DNA of 64,000 bases from positions 87,789,844-87,853,843 of the forward strand of contig NC_068981.1 in NCBI RefSeq assembly GCF_001194135.2, given 5' to 3'. Both the position numbers and the translations under genes were made by a program. Origin of the DNA: Octopus bimaculoides (lineage: Eukaryota). This document shows, in pieces, positions 1 to 10,917 of this stretch (position 1 is its first letter; the number at the start of each line of letters is the position of its first letter). The notes under the pieces were generated by a model that saw nothing but the letters and a program-made list of their open reading frames with translations, ran no database searches and was not told where the DNA came from.

Positions 1-340
1 TCTTAATTGCTTTATCTACCCTGGTACTATCAACTCGGATAGCTGGTCCCTCTATTGGGTCGACATACGGCAGGCTCTCTTTCTCCCATTCATTCTCTTT
101 ATTAAGCAATCTATCGTAGTGGCATCTCCAGACCTCTTTCTTTGCATCCTCATTTAATGCAAGCGTACCATCATCCATGCGAACACATTTCTCTCCTACA
201 ACATCACTATTCTCTCTCCTACACTGTCTTGCAACACGAAATACCTCGAGTCTTTGGTCCTCACGGCGCAGAACATTGGCAAATCTTTCCTTATCTGCTT
301 CCCCTCTGGCTAAATAAACCTGTCGCCTAGCCTCCCTTCT
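1..340 (-). mobile_element. RTE-clade non-LTR retrotransposon ORF fragment (endonuclease-RT linker), 5'-truncated, runs off the left edge
   Basis: Minus frame is open across 340..2: RREARRQVYLARGEADKERFANVLRREDQRLEVFRVARQCRRENSDVVGEKCVRMDDGTLALNEDAKKEVWRCHYDRLLNKENEWEKESLPYVDPIEGPAIRVDSTRVDKAIK. The W..HY..LLN.EN and V.KAIK pattern precedes the RT domain in RTE elements. Confidence 0.85.
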
Positions 341-1142
341 GGCACATTGGTACTGTTGACTATTATTTTATATGACAGATATGTGAAGGTATCTCATATT
401 CAGTATTAATTGACAGCTTCTAGAATTGTTTTGCCTGTCTATTGTTCCTGTGTGAGCATAAATAGCTCGGTTATTTACCCCCAGACAACCAGTTAGCAGT
501 GATCTCAGTAATCTATATCCTGTTATTGTATCTTTGGCTAAAATATTTAGCTCTAAACTTCTGGGTTTTTACCAAGCTGTAACTAAGTAATGAAGGTGGC
601 ATAAACATTATTGTGGATGAATGAATGAATGAAAAAACAAAAAAGCTGCTTACAATAAATTGGCACTCCTGTTATGGGGAATGTATCACTTAGTAAATAT
701 TTGTTATGCAAACTGAAGATAAATCTTTAGCTCATACGTACTTGTGAGTTGAAAGAATTATCTAATGCAATGTCAGTTTCAGTGTATGAGACAGCTATTT
801 CATTGCAAAACAGAAATTGAATAGATCTTTATCGTTATTTTCTTTGGACATATTTTTTTTTTTGTTATCTCACACATTGATGCAAATGGCAGAATGTAGT
901 TACTGCAGTTCCTATCCAAGTATTTTGATCAGAACTGAGTGCCCATGCATGTTTATTAATGTATAATGGAGAAAGGTTTCAACCACAGTAAGTTCTTAAG
1001 TTAGAGAGGAGTCTTAACTTATTGTTAAAGAGAAATTTTAGATAAGCTTATTCTCATTCTTAAGTACAAGAGAAATATTCATGATAATTGCAAGTTTGTG
1101 CACATGCCAGTGCTGTATAAACAGCAGCATTTTTGCACATAG

Positions 1143-1281
1143 AAGCTGCTAAAAGAGCAGTATGAGAATTGCTGCTTTGCTGTGAGAAAAGCACAATACA
1201 ACCATGTGGTGTGGGGGAGGCAAAGCAAGAATATCAGCCAGATGATATACAAGTTGTATGAGTGGCAATCAAACTTGAAAG
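1143..1281 (+). CDS. Candidate internal coding exon of an unidentified gene (KLLKEQYENCCFAVRKAQYNHVVWGRQSKNISQMIYKLYEWQSNLK-)
   Basis: Acceptor ttttgcacatag, 139 nt open frame (phase 0 to 1), donor AAG|GTATGT; unique, non-repeat sequence. Protein not recognised. Confidence 0.55.
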
Positions 1282-1373
1282 GTATGTAGGATCTATGTTT
1301 CTTTAAGTATGTTAGCGATTTTATAATAGTCAAATTGCAAGATTAAAGCTAACATTGTTTCTTCCTTGTTTGT

Positions 1374-1593
1374 TTAGCCATTTTGATACCAACCTCCCTG
1401 AGGTTGCCCCTAGTTCTCTGATACAAACTTCCTCTTAAAGTGGTCCAAATTTAAACTTCCCATCAAAATTTCATGTTAATTTATGTTTCAAACACCAGCT
1501 TAATAATGACAAAATTACTTTTTTAAATTCTTCAAAATAAATTGACATAAAGTTCAGTGTATTTCAGCAGAAATATGGTTACAAAAGGGTTAA
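1374..1593 (+). mobile_element. piggyBac-type MITE, family A (~215 bp)
   Basis: Degenerate left end ttagccattttgataccaacc; right end gaaatatggttacaaaagggTTAA; collinear with copies at 7771, 16656, 19308 and 24334. Confidence 0.75.
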
Positions 1594-1639
1594 GTGGCAT
1601 TCTAAAGACAAGAGGAAAGCTGCGGTACAACCCATTTTA

Positions 1640-2370
1640 CTCCTCTGAATGAATGTTATATTCCCATCTTGCATGTCTCCAGGGTCACTTTTAATGCCAC
1701 TGAATACCTATTCTTGCCCTTATCTAAATATCCACTTTTACACCTCTAGAGTGCACTGCTCATTCTTATTCTTTCTCTATCTACTCTCTGCAGTCTTTCC
1801 AACTGGAATGCTTTCTCTGCAGTCACTCCCTGCTCTTTCCCGTATTTCCATCATACACTCCAACTTCTCTTTTCTACACTGTCTCATTGCACTCATGCAC
1901 TGTTCCCTATCTTCTGCCTCATTATCTGTCATTGTCCTTTCATCCAATTTATCTGCCTCAATACCCCTGTCATTTCTTCCATCTGGCCTACCCTCATAGC
2001 ACTCCCTCTAATCTATACATCTCTGGCTTACTCTCATGACCCCTTCCCAAATATCTTAGTCCTTCAGTGACTCTAGATTCCTTGTCATCTTTGTCTGTTT
2101 TTTGTTCTCCTTCCCTCACACCATCTTTCCATATTCACTTTATAATGTAGGGTTATCATTGGACCTTCCTCTGTACACAACACACCCTATAACCTTGCTA
2201 CTCTGTTCCACCCGTTCTCTCTAACCCTTGACACTAATCCTTCCTTTCCCCTGCCATTCTTTCCTAATTGCATCTTTTCTGTTACTCTCTCCACTTCCAT
2301 TTCAAAGCTATAAATCTGTTTCCTCTCATTTTCCTCTCCCTTATTATCCTGGCAAAAATCACTGCACACA
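1640..2370 (-). mobile_element. Highly decayed non-LTR retrotransposon fragment (possibly endonuclease region)
   Basis: Strong pyrimidine bias on plus; minus translation gives fragments such as ENGWNRVA and IRERAGSDC..IPV that resemble APE-endonuclease C-terminal GSDH.PI motifs; many stops. Confidence 0.35.
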
Positions 2371-2770
2371 TTTTCTCCTCAGCTGTAGAAAGTACTTTAG
2401 TTTTGCTGGTTGCAAAGTGACTTCACTAGTGCTGGTACTATGAAAACAGCACCCAGACACTCTGTAAGGTTCTTAGTATCAGAAAACGCAGTCAGCTGTA
2501 GGAACTATGCCAGAGTAGATATTGGAGCACATCACAGTCCTCTGAATCATTGGATCCTTGCCAGCATGGAAGATGCATGTTAAGTGATGTGCTCCATGAT
2601 GCATTGAACTGTTCCATGTTGTTCATCTGATGAATCAAAGTGTGAAAGAATTTAGGCAGGTGTAGTAACATATGACCAGTGGGTGACCTAAAGTGGGCTG
2701 CAGGTATGGAAAGGATTAAGCAGATGACAACTTGTTGAACTGTTGATGTAGAATTGTTTCAGGTTCATAT

Positions 2771-3139
2771 CTTTTTATTTTTACTTGTTTTAGTCATTGG
2801 AATGTGGCCATGCTGGGGCACTGCCTTGAAGGGGCTTACTTGAACAAATTGCCCCCAGTACTTAATTTTGTTTTTAAGTTTGGCACTTATTCTATCAGCC
2901 TCTTGTGCCAAACTGCTAAGTTACTGAGGAGTGAAAACAAGCCAGCACTGATTGTCAAGTAATGACAGGACACACACACAAACTGGCTTCCACATAGTTT
3001 CTCCCTACTAAATTCACAAAACATTGGTTGACCCTGGGCTATAGTAGAAGAAACTTTCCCAAGATGCCACACAGTAAGACTGAACCCAAAACCATGCAGT
3101 TGCAAAGCTAGCTTTTAAAGCACACAGCCATGCCTGCAC
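2771..3139 (-). mobile_element. tRNA-derived SINE, main family S
   Basis: Reverse complement of head (GGCATGGCTGTGTG A-box-like, GGGTTCAGTC B-box-like), body and CAAGTAAAA tail; matches 4491-4877. Confidence 0.85.
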
Positions 3140-3436
3140 CTGTACACATAGCAAAGTTCATGAAGTAAGATTTGTACCCAAGAACTGCAATATTCAAAAC
3201 CTAGTAGCATTAAGAATTTAATATTTTCTGGTGAGATTAACAATTGCTTATGAATTCACAAAAGATCATCATCATCAATATTACACTTGCTAATAATACT
3301 ACTAAATACAGCAATTTTATTTAGTTCTAATTAATAGGGATTACAACTCAGATTAGAATATTGTGTTTGATTAATACACCTGCTCCTGTAAAAACTGATT
3401 TTGTACTTGGTCCAGTGAAATAATTAATTTTGTTAG

Positions 3437-3483
3437 ATTATGCAAAAATAGTTACAGAATTACTAGCTGTGTGGGAAACTAGG
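3437..3483 (+). CDS. Weak candidate exon (-DYAKIVTELLAVWETR)
   Basis: Acceptor aattttgttag, phase-compatible with the exon ending at 1281; donor GTTGGA is poor, and the frame stops at 3517-3519 if unspliced. Confidence 0.2.
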
Positions 3484-4418
3484 GTTGGACCTTTGTTCAT
3501 CAACAGCAACTTTCAGTAGCAGTTTTTTCTAGTGTCTTACTGTGAATATAAAAGTTGAAATGCCACTTCATAGATTCAGACAAAAACCTTTTCTTTTTAA
3601 AAGAGAGTAGGATATGATGACTCATGGGTAGTTTGCTTGCTAATTCTAGCAGGTCAAGCAATTGTATATAAGTTTCTTTGTTGGATCAATACATCAAAAC
3701 AATGCTTGTCAGAATTATTCTAATGCTTTAGTTGTCTGCTCAGACCATGCACTGAAATAATGGATCTGGATTTCACCTAATTGTTAGATAAATTATCTAC
3801 AGGCTGAACACAACTTTTTATTTATTTTTTTTTTACAGTACACTCTTATCATCTCCATTTACCATTCTTCTAGCATGTAATTTCCCTCTAGCTTTTTCAA
3901 ACTGTCTATATCTATCAAGAACTCTGTACCAGCTATGCATCAGCAGCAGTAGTAACTGGTACTTGAATCGGTAGTTTCCTTTATGTATTTTTATTATCTG
4001 TCCATACCACCTGAGCCATCTTTTATAAGTGATACTTGTTTTTTATATATTTATATTTTTTTTATTATTCTTAGATGCTATCCATTGTAAATTAGTTGCA
4101 TTGAGAATAAACAGGCTGCCATAGAACAGCTGTTCATAAATGCCTCCTGATTTTCAAGTTTTTCTAGAAACTGTTTCATTGAAACTTAAAATAAAAGCAG
4201 TTACACAAATTTTATGCATTTTATTTTTTGACTGGGAAAGCTGAAGCAATGAACTATATCTGAATATCTGCATAAAACTGTTTCATATAAAGCATTCTCT
4301 CATAGTTTGAATTCAGCTGATTTGTGATTCACAATTCAAAACTGTCATTGAAAATTAACTGGAGTTGGTCGTTTTAAAATTGACTTTTATTTTCAGGAAG
4401 TAATTATTTGTATGTTGC

Positions 4419-4455
4419 AAATGTGAAACGAAATTGTGAAACGAAATTGTGAAAC
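4419..4455. repeat. 13-bp tandem repeat (GAAATTGTGAAAC) x~2.7
   Basis: Directly visible. Confidence 0.85.
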
Positions 4456-4490
4456 AAAGAACCATGAAAATTTTAAAAAACCTCAAATAA

Positions 4491-4877
4491 GTGCAGGCAT
4501 GGCTGTGTGGTTAAGAAGCTCATTTTGCAAACCTGTGGTTTCAGGTTCAGTCCCACTGCATGGCACTTTGGGCAAGTGTCTTCTGCTATAGCCCTGGGCC
4601 AACAAATGCTTTGTGGGTGAATTTAATAAGTGGAAACTGCATGGAAGCCTGTGATATGTGCATGTGTGTATTTTTTGTTTGTATTTGTCTCCCATCACTA
4701 CTTGACAACAGGCATTGGTTTGTTTACATCCTCACACCTTAGTAGTTTGGCAAAAGAGACCAATAGAATAAGTGCCAAACTTTAAATAAGTACCGGGGTA
4801 GATTTTTTCAATGAAACTCAAGGTGGTGCCCCAGTATGGCCACAGTCCAATGACCGAAACAAGTAAGAGATAAAGAG
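4491..4877 (+). mobile_element. tRNA-derived SINE, family S, full length
   Basis: GTGCAGGCATGGCTGTGTGGTTAAGAAG head, GGTTCAGTCCC B-box, CTTTGGGCAAG motif, (GT)-rich middle, tail AAGGTGGTGCCCCAGTATGGCCACAGTC...GAAACAAGTAAGAG. Confidence 0.9.
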
Positions 4878-4884
4878 GTAATTA

Positions 4885-5100
4885 ATCATCATCATCATCA
4901 TCATCGTTTAACGTCCGCTTTCCATGCTAGCATGGGTTGGACGATTTGACTGAGGACTGGTGAAACCGGATGGCAACACCAGGCTCCAGTCTGATTTGGC
5001 AGAGTTTCTACAGCTGGATGCCCTTCCTAACGCCAACCACTCAGAGAGTGTAGTGGGTGCTTTTACGTGTCACCCGCACGAAAACGGCCACGCTCGAAAT
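4885..5100 (-). mobile_element. RTE-type 3' tail with (GAT)n end, young copy
   Basis: (ATC)n then CGTTTAACGTCCGCTTTCCATGCTAGCATGGG; nearly identical to 11110-11285 and 42886-43047. Confidence 0.85.
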
Positions 5101-5708
5101 NNNNNNNNNNNNNNNNNNNNNNNNNNNNNNNNNNNNNNNNNNNNNNNNNNNNNNNNNNNNNNNNNNNNNNNNNNNNNNNNNNNNNNNNNNNNNNNNNNNN
5201 NNNNNNNNNNNNNNNNNNNNNNNNNNNNNNNNNNNNNNNNNNNNNNNNNNNNNNNNNNNNNNNNNNNNNNNNNNNNNNNNNNNNNNNNNNNNNNNNNNNN
5301 NNNNNNNNNNNNNNNNNNNNNNNNNNNNNNNNNNNNNNNNNNNNNNNNNNNNNNNNNNNNNNNNNNNNNNNNNNNNNNNNNNNNNNNNNNNNNNNNNNNN
5401 NNNNNNNNNNNNNNNNNNNNNNNNNNNNNNNNNNNNNNNNNNNNNNNNNNNNNNNNNNNNNNNNNNNNNNNNNNNNNNNNNNNNNNNNNNNNNNNNNNNN
5501 NNNNNNNNNNNNNNNNNNNNNNNNNNNNNNNNNNNNNNNNNNNNNNNNNNNNNNNNNNNNNNNNNNNNNNNNNNNNNNNNNNNNNNNNNNNNNNNNNNNN
5601 NNNNNNNNNNNNNNNNNNNNNNNNNNNNNNNNNNNNNNNNNNNNNNNNNNNNNNNNNNNNNNNNNNNNNNNNNNNNNNNNNNNNNNNNNNNNNNNNNNNN
5701 NNNNNNNN
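5101..5708. other. Assembly gap (N)
   Basis: N run. Confidence 1.
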
Positions 5709-5896
5709 GAACCATGTTTATTCAAGTACGTTCATGATTAAGATAATTAAGGTGTGAGATTAAAGACAACATTGTTTCTTTCTTCATTAAAGGGTTGGGG
5801 GGGGGGGCCTTGATTTTTATCAAAATTTTAAGAGATTTGGAAATTGAACCAAACTTTGGTGGTGTAAATTCAGCTTGGGTTTACATTTGGTTTCAG

Positions 5897-5924
5897 GAAG
5901 ATTTTATCTTCAGAATATTCTTAG
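5897..5924 (+). CDS. Candidate 28-nt coding exon (-GRFYLQNILS-)
   Basis: Acceptor tttggtttcag, donor TAG|GTAAAT; read phase 1 to 2 it joins exon 1143-1281 to exon 7009-7099 in one frame. Confidence 0.35.
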
Positions 5925-6769
5925 GTAAATAAATCATCAGACTTTAAAATTTTATTTTCTCAGTTCTTGACTTAAGAGAACATTTGATTAGTGTGTTTTC
6001 CCATTATTTTAATTTTATTTCTAATAAATTTTATTTTGTTGTTCTGTATTTATTTATTTTCCTGTGCAATCGTAGGTGGTATAATTTTTTTTCGTATTTG
6101 AATATTTGCTTACTTAAGTGATCAATTGTTTTTAACAGTTGGGTGCTGGGATATGCAGAGTTATGTGCCTTGCTCAAGGGCATTGTATGTTATCAAATTC
6201 ATAACTAATGAGAAAGAATTTAAAGGATAATAGATTGTTTGTTGAGATACAGTTTTGTTTTACATTTGATTCAAAAAATGTTGACTTAATTATGAAGAAA
6301 ATTTGTGTGTGTGTTTGTGTATAATACATGTATAGAATGTAAATATGGACATTGGATACATTAGGTATAAAGATTAGAGAAAAAAAGTACTCATTTTACA
6401 GTTATTTTGTTTATATTCTATCTGTTCAAAATCTAGTGTTAACTTTCAATGTATGGAAATTATATTTATTTTATTCTTCGTTTTTGAGTTTCTTTTGAAA
6501 AAAGAATTTTTTTTATTATTTAGTTTGCTGTAATTTTTGTATTTGTGGGATAGTCTTTTGCAAGTCTTAATTTTATCAACTCTGGAATGATGAAACAGAA
6601 AGTTGACCTAAGTGGAATTTTAGAATCAGAACTGTGAAACACTTGACTAGATAAAAATAATGCATCCTAGTTTGGTGTTGTCTTAATCATTTTCATCGTT
6701 GTTATTTATTTACTTATTTCAGTAAATATTATTCTCATTTTATAGTTATGTTGTTTTAGCTTAAAATCT

Positions 6770-6975
6770 GTCCTAATTGAGTTGTGTTAGATGAAATGCA
6801 TCGATCAACTTTGATCAGCTATGATCAACTTTTTTTTTTTTTTGAAGTCTTAGTGTAACCTGGATTCCATTTTCAAATGTGTCCTTTGATCCTTTAAGAA
6901 AGTGGAGTGTAATTTAAGGGAGATTTGGTTGATATTTCTAGAAGTCTCAGCAACCTTGTTTTAGGCTCCCTTTGG
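6770..6975 (+). mobile_element. Old dispersed SINE-like repeat (family F); relatives at about 14720-14900, 36090-36280, 39690-39940 (-), 57870-58010 (-)
   Basis: Shared degenerate segments such as atgtgtccttt...gtgtaatttaagggagatttggttgatatttctag...ggctccct. Confidence 0.45.
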
Positions 6976-7008
6976 TCATTTATCAAAATTGCATGATTGA
7001 TATATTAG

Positions 7009-7099
7009 TTTAAATAAATTACGAGACTTAAAGATTGCCAGAGAAATGACTAATTTCATTAATTATGTGCTGCACATGGATAATGGAAAATTGTTGAAA
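7009..7099 (+). CDS. Candidate coding exon (-LNKLRDLKIAREMTNFINYVLHMDNGKLLK)
   Basis: Strong donor AAA|GTAAGT at 7100; only one open frame from acceptor atatattag (phase 2 to 0); the acceptor is weak. Confidence 0.5.
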
Positions 7100-7487
7100 G
7101 TAAGTTATATTAGAAATAGATTTTAAAATATCTATAATTGATAGATATTTAAAGATTATGTAATATTGGTTTGACCCAAAAAAGCAAAAACCATTTGATT
7201 ATTATTTTCAAGATTTCAGTTTTACAGAGTATTTAAGCATGTTTTTTTTCTTTTGTAATACAAATGGAATTGATTGAGTTTATTTTTATTCTATTTTATA
7301 TTAGTTGAAATCTGCATCTTTTACTTGCTAAGTTAAACTCTCTGTTCTGCATAAATTTTGTAATGTATATTTTAAATCAAAAACGTTTTCAATATCTTCA
7401 AAATTTTTTGTATTTAAATAAAACCGTAACAGTGGAAATGGCTGATATATTTGATAAAAGACCAGGTTGTTTACTGTATTTTGTTAG

Positions 7488-7544
7488 GTTCTTGCAGGCT
7501 TGGACTTTAATACCACTGGAATCAATTTGCCATATATAATAAGA
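7488..7544 (+). CDS. Candidate coding exon (VLAGLDFNTTGINLPYIIR; continues VYCFK* to 7562 if terminal)
   Basis: Acceptor actgtattttgttag, phase 0 after exon 7009-7099; possible donor AGA|GTATAC. An alternative acceptor at 7498 gives AWTLIPLESICHI*. Confidence 0.4.
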
Positions 7545-7770
7545 GTATACTGTTTCAAATAGACTTTGTTTCAACTCCACAAAGATTACTCTACACCTTG
7601 TAAAAATTAATATTTTGGGTGGGGGAAGCAAAGGAAAATAATGAATTTTTCATTAAAAAGAAGGAAAAATGATCTAATATAAAAAGAAATTTAAAATGGT
7701 CAAATAAAATTAATTTCATTTCTTCAAAACATTACTTGATGTGATTCATATAACTTGTACTTAACATTAT

Positions 7771-7985
7771 TTAACCCTTTTGATACCAACCTCGCTGAAA
7801 CTACCTCTGGCATTTTAGTACAAATGTCTTGTTTTAAAATCTTCCACCAAACCTTCATCGTAATTTATGTTTCTAATACTAGCTTAATGATAAGTAAGTT
7901 ATTTTACTAAATTCTTTGTTATATTTAAAATTAATTGAAAGAAACACAGAGCATCTCAACAGAAATATTGTAACAAAATGGTTAA
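7771..7985 (+). mobile_element. piggyBac-type MITE, family A
   Basis: TTAAccctttttgataccaacc-type left end and gtaacaaaatggTTAA right end: CCC/GGG-like termini flanked by TTAA. Confidence 0.8.
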
Positions 7986-8492
7986 ACCATCACATTGATG
8001 GTAATACTGGTGCATCAGTTGCTATAGTGCTGACATGCTTTATATTTTGGGTAGCATTTCTTATTGCTGCATGTTATGGAGTAAGTATATGGTTATGTAT
8101 ATTCAATATGAGCTGATGAAGCATGAGTTAATAGAAGCTGCTCAAACCTAGACAACTTTTATCAGTTGTTGATCTACAGTGCTAGGAAAAAGTGTATCCA
8201 GATATTCTTTATATATTTATGGAAAGTTTTATTGAATGTTTTCAAATTATCGTAAATAATACAACAGTTCTCCTATGAGTGCCAGTCTTTAACCATCTTA
8301 CATGGGTGTCTGAAGAATGCTCAAGGAGGTGACTTGTCTTTTGATCTGCCTGGTTTCATCTTTCTTGTTGACCAATGTTTAGTGTCAGACCTTTGTGAAT
8401 CATTCACATTTGCATATAATGGAGTAACATTATTTGTCTTCATCATTCATATTTAAAAGAAGCAAAGACAAAAATACAATTTCTTTCTAGCT

Positions 8493-9284
8493 ATGTAAAC
8501 AAGAGTGCTTATAATGCACCAAGAGCCAATATGAGAGTTTCTCTCATGGTAACTATCACAGTTCTCAGTGTTCTAACACAAAGACCCCCTTTGATCGTAA
8601 ATGACCATGGGATTGCACCTAGAAAGTTACCTTCCAAAGCAAAAGTCTGAGCAAGGTTGTTTATGGAAGACCAGCAGTCACCCATCATACCAGCGTCCCC
8701 TCTCCATGCCACTAATGTTACCCAAGGGAAAGGCAAAGGCCGATACAGCTTGGCACCAGTGATGTCGTAACTTATTTCTACATCTGAGTGAACTGGATCA
8801 ACATAAAATAAAGTGCCTTGCTCAAGAACACAACACACACAGCCTGGTCCAGGAATTGAACTCACTACCTGATTGTGAGCCTGATATTCTAACCACTGAG
8901 CCATGTGCCTTCAAACACAGCGTCCACTTTTAAGTGGGGATAACTATTACCCTTTGGTATTATTACTGCTTCTGTTGCTCATCTGATTAAATACAATAAT
9001 TTCATGTACATTGCTAGTTGGGATATCATTGCTATTTCCAGTGTCTGAGCATCTACCATTGATAAGCCCAGAGAAAGACAAAATCACATGATCTGGTAGT
9101 CTTGACAGTGGCAATGGCAGATGATTTATCTCTCCTACTGATGTAAACAAGTGCTTATATGTACCAAGAGCCCCTATGAGAGTTTCTCTCATGTAACTAT
9201 CTCAGTACTCTGTGTTCTAACACTGCTTCTGCTTTTATGTGGGGATAAATATTACCCTTTGGTATTTATACTGCTTCTATTGCT
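8493..9284. repeat. Local ~145-bp direct duplication (8493-8979 interrupted by a SINE; 9141-9284 intact)
   Basis: atgtaaacaag(a)gtgcttat...atgagagtttctctcat...gttctaacac...gtggggataa...tttggtatt...actgcttct occurs twice. Confidence 0.85.
8580..8913 (-). mobile_element. tRNA-derived SINE, family D, with AACACA target-site duplication
   Basis: Minus head GGCACATGGCTCAGTGGTTAG...GAGTTCAATTCC, GTGTTCTTGAGCAAGGCACTT core; AACACA at 8575-8580 and 8914-8919; second copy at 10157. Confidence 0.85.
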
Positions 9285-9772
9285 AATAATTACAATTTCT
9301 TTTAATAACAAACTACATAGCTTTCACTCCAACCCTCAACTATTTGTTCTGGACACCCAACTCACAGGGGCCTACTTTTTTGTGTTTTCACTTGAATTTT
9401 TTCTTTTCTTTTTGAATTCATTAAATCTCCAAAGTACCAATCAGTCTAGCTCCCATTGCTATCCCATTATTTTGATTTAGAAGGATCTTCATAGACAGAA
9501 TAAGAAAAATAAAATGGTCTTTAATATAACACAATTTTTGTTGGTACAATTTGGTACAGTTCTACAATGAAGTATAAAAGGCTAATGTCTATTTCTTATG
9601 TTAATTTGCCTGATATAATTTTTCATAAATATTTGTAAAATAAATCTTTCCTAATTGAATTTGCATGTGCAGTTTACCTTCTTATTGATTTGTTTAAAGA
9701 GAAGAGAATTTAATTTCAACTTGTTAAAGTATTATCAAACCTTTTACAGAGATGATGGAGATAACTTTTAGA

Positions 9773-9991
9773 TTAATAGTTTTGGCATTTAAGCCGGCCA
9801 TAATATTCTACTTGTTTATACTCAAAACTGGCCAAATCTGGTCTCTTACACCTACTCTACAATGTCATTCTAAAAACAAGCAATCACATCATCAAAATCT
9901 CAAAGCTGCAAGATAATGTGTGATCAATTCAAAAGAATGTAAATAAATAAGTATTATATTTAACAGAATAATCTGAATGTTAAAGGGTTAA
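9773..9991 (+). mobile_element. piggyBac-type MITE, family B (~220 bp)
   Basis: ggcatttaagccggcc...aatctgaatgttaaagggTTAA; collinear with 13793, 21974, 24497, 39118 and 39499. Confidence 0.75.
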
Positions 9992-10156
9992 ACCTTTGTA
10001 TACAGCCTATTGATGCTTTCCCCTATAAAATATAGATCACTTTTTTAAAAAAAACATGAAAAAATAAGTGTTATTTATAATTTTGTGGCAACACCCATTA
10101 TTTATATGTGTATAATACACACCTTTTCAAAACTTTTAAATCTAAATATTAAAATA

Positions 10157-10468
10157 CCCGCTTCGGTCATGAATGCCATGGGATTGCATCTAGAAAGTTA
10201 CCGTCTGAGGCACAAATCCAGGCAAAATTGCTTATGGAAGACCAGCAGTTGCCCGTGCATACCAGCCTCCCTTCTCCATGCCACTGATGTTATCCAAGGG
10301 AAAGGCAAAGACCAATACAGCTTGGCAAAACTCATTTCTACAGATGAGTGAACTGGAGCAACATGAAATAGTGTCTTGCTCAAGAACACAGCACACTGGT
10401 CTGGGAATCGAACTCACAACCTCATGATTTTGAGCCCTACACTCTAACTACTGAGCCATGCACCTTCA
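10157..10468 (-). mobile_element. tRNA-derived SINE, family D
   Basis: Collinear with 8580-8913. Confidence 0.85.
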
Positions 10469-10769
10469 CAAATCTAAACATTAGCAGTACACTTTAGGCA
10501 TAACAACTAAATTTTGTCCACTTTTCTGTTCACAAGGACATTAATCAAATATTTGCAATTTTACTAACATCAAAACAATTCAAAAGTAAAATGTATAATG
10601 GAAATGCAATCAGCAGAAGAACGAAATGTACTTGGTTTGTGTGTGTATGTGCTACTTCAAGAATGTATAATTCTTAAAATTTTGTTTCAATAACCTGCAA
10701 GAATAGGAAATAACACAAAGTTGTTCCACCTGTGACTAACCAGTCAGTATATTATCTGATATATAATAA

Positions 10770-10917
10770 GTGCAGGTGTGGCTATCTAATTAAGAAGCTT
10801 GTTTTGCAACCATGTAGTTTTGGGTTCAGTCCCGTTGGGTAGTACTTTAGATAAGTGTCTTCTACTATAGCCCTGTGCTGATCAATGCCTTCAGTGGATT
10901 TGGTAGGATGGAAACTG
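10770..10917 (+). mobile_element. SINE family S head/core only
   Basis: GTGCAGGTGTGGCT...GGGTTCAGTCCC...GTGGATTTGGTAGGATGGAAACTG, then an abrupt switch to RTE sequence. Confidence 0.75.

Noticed and set aside
2627-2648. CTGATGA...GAAA hammerhead-like words
   Set aside because: No stable stem II or stem I; it lies in a decayed LINE 3' remnant.
4397-4399. 3-nt microexon-like ttttcag|GAA|gtaatt
   Set aside because: Weak donor, no UGC, and expected by chance.
4960-5757. Long ORFs in the track spanning N-gaps (also 12139-12922, 20478-21600, 45030-45591, 47068-47391)
   Set aside because: Artefacts of translating N runs; only the short piggyBac N-terminus at 12922-12812 is informative.
6965-7099. 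Longer in-frame version of the 7009 exon (APFGHLSKLHD*YISLNK...) with one TGA, tempting as UGA-to-UGG A-to-I recoding or selenocysteine
   Set aside because: The upstream acceptor and first codons lie in the decayed end of repeat family F (ggctccct), so the extension is probably accidental; no SECIS or editing-partner sequence was seen.
8509-8904. 131-aa minus ORF and similar 60-90-aa ORFs recurring in SINE copies
   Set aside because: They lie inside tRNA-SINEs and recur only because the repeat recurs.
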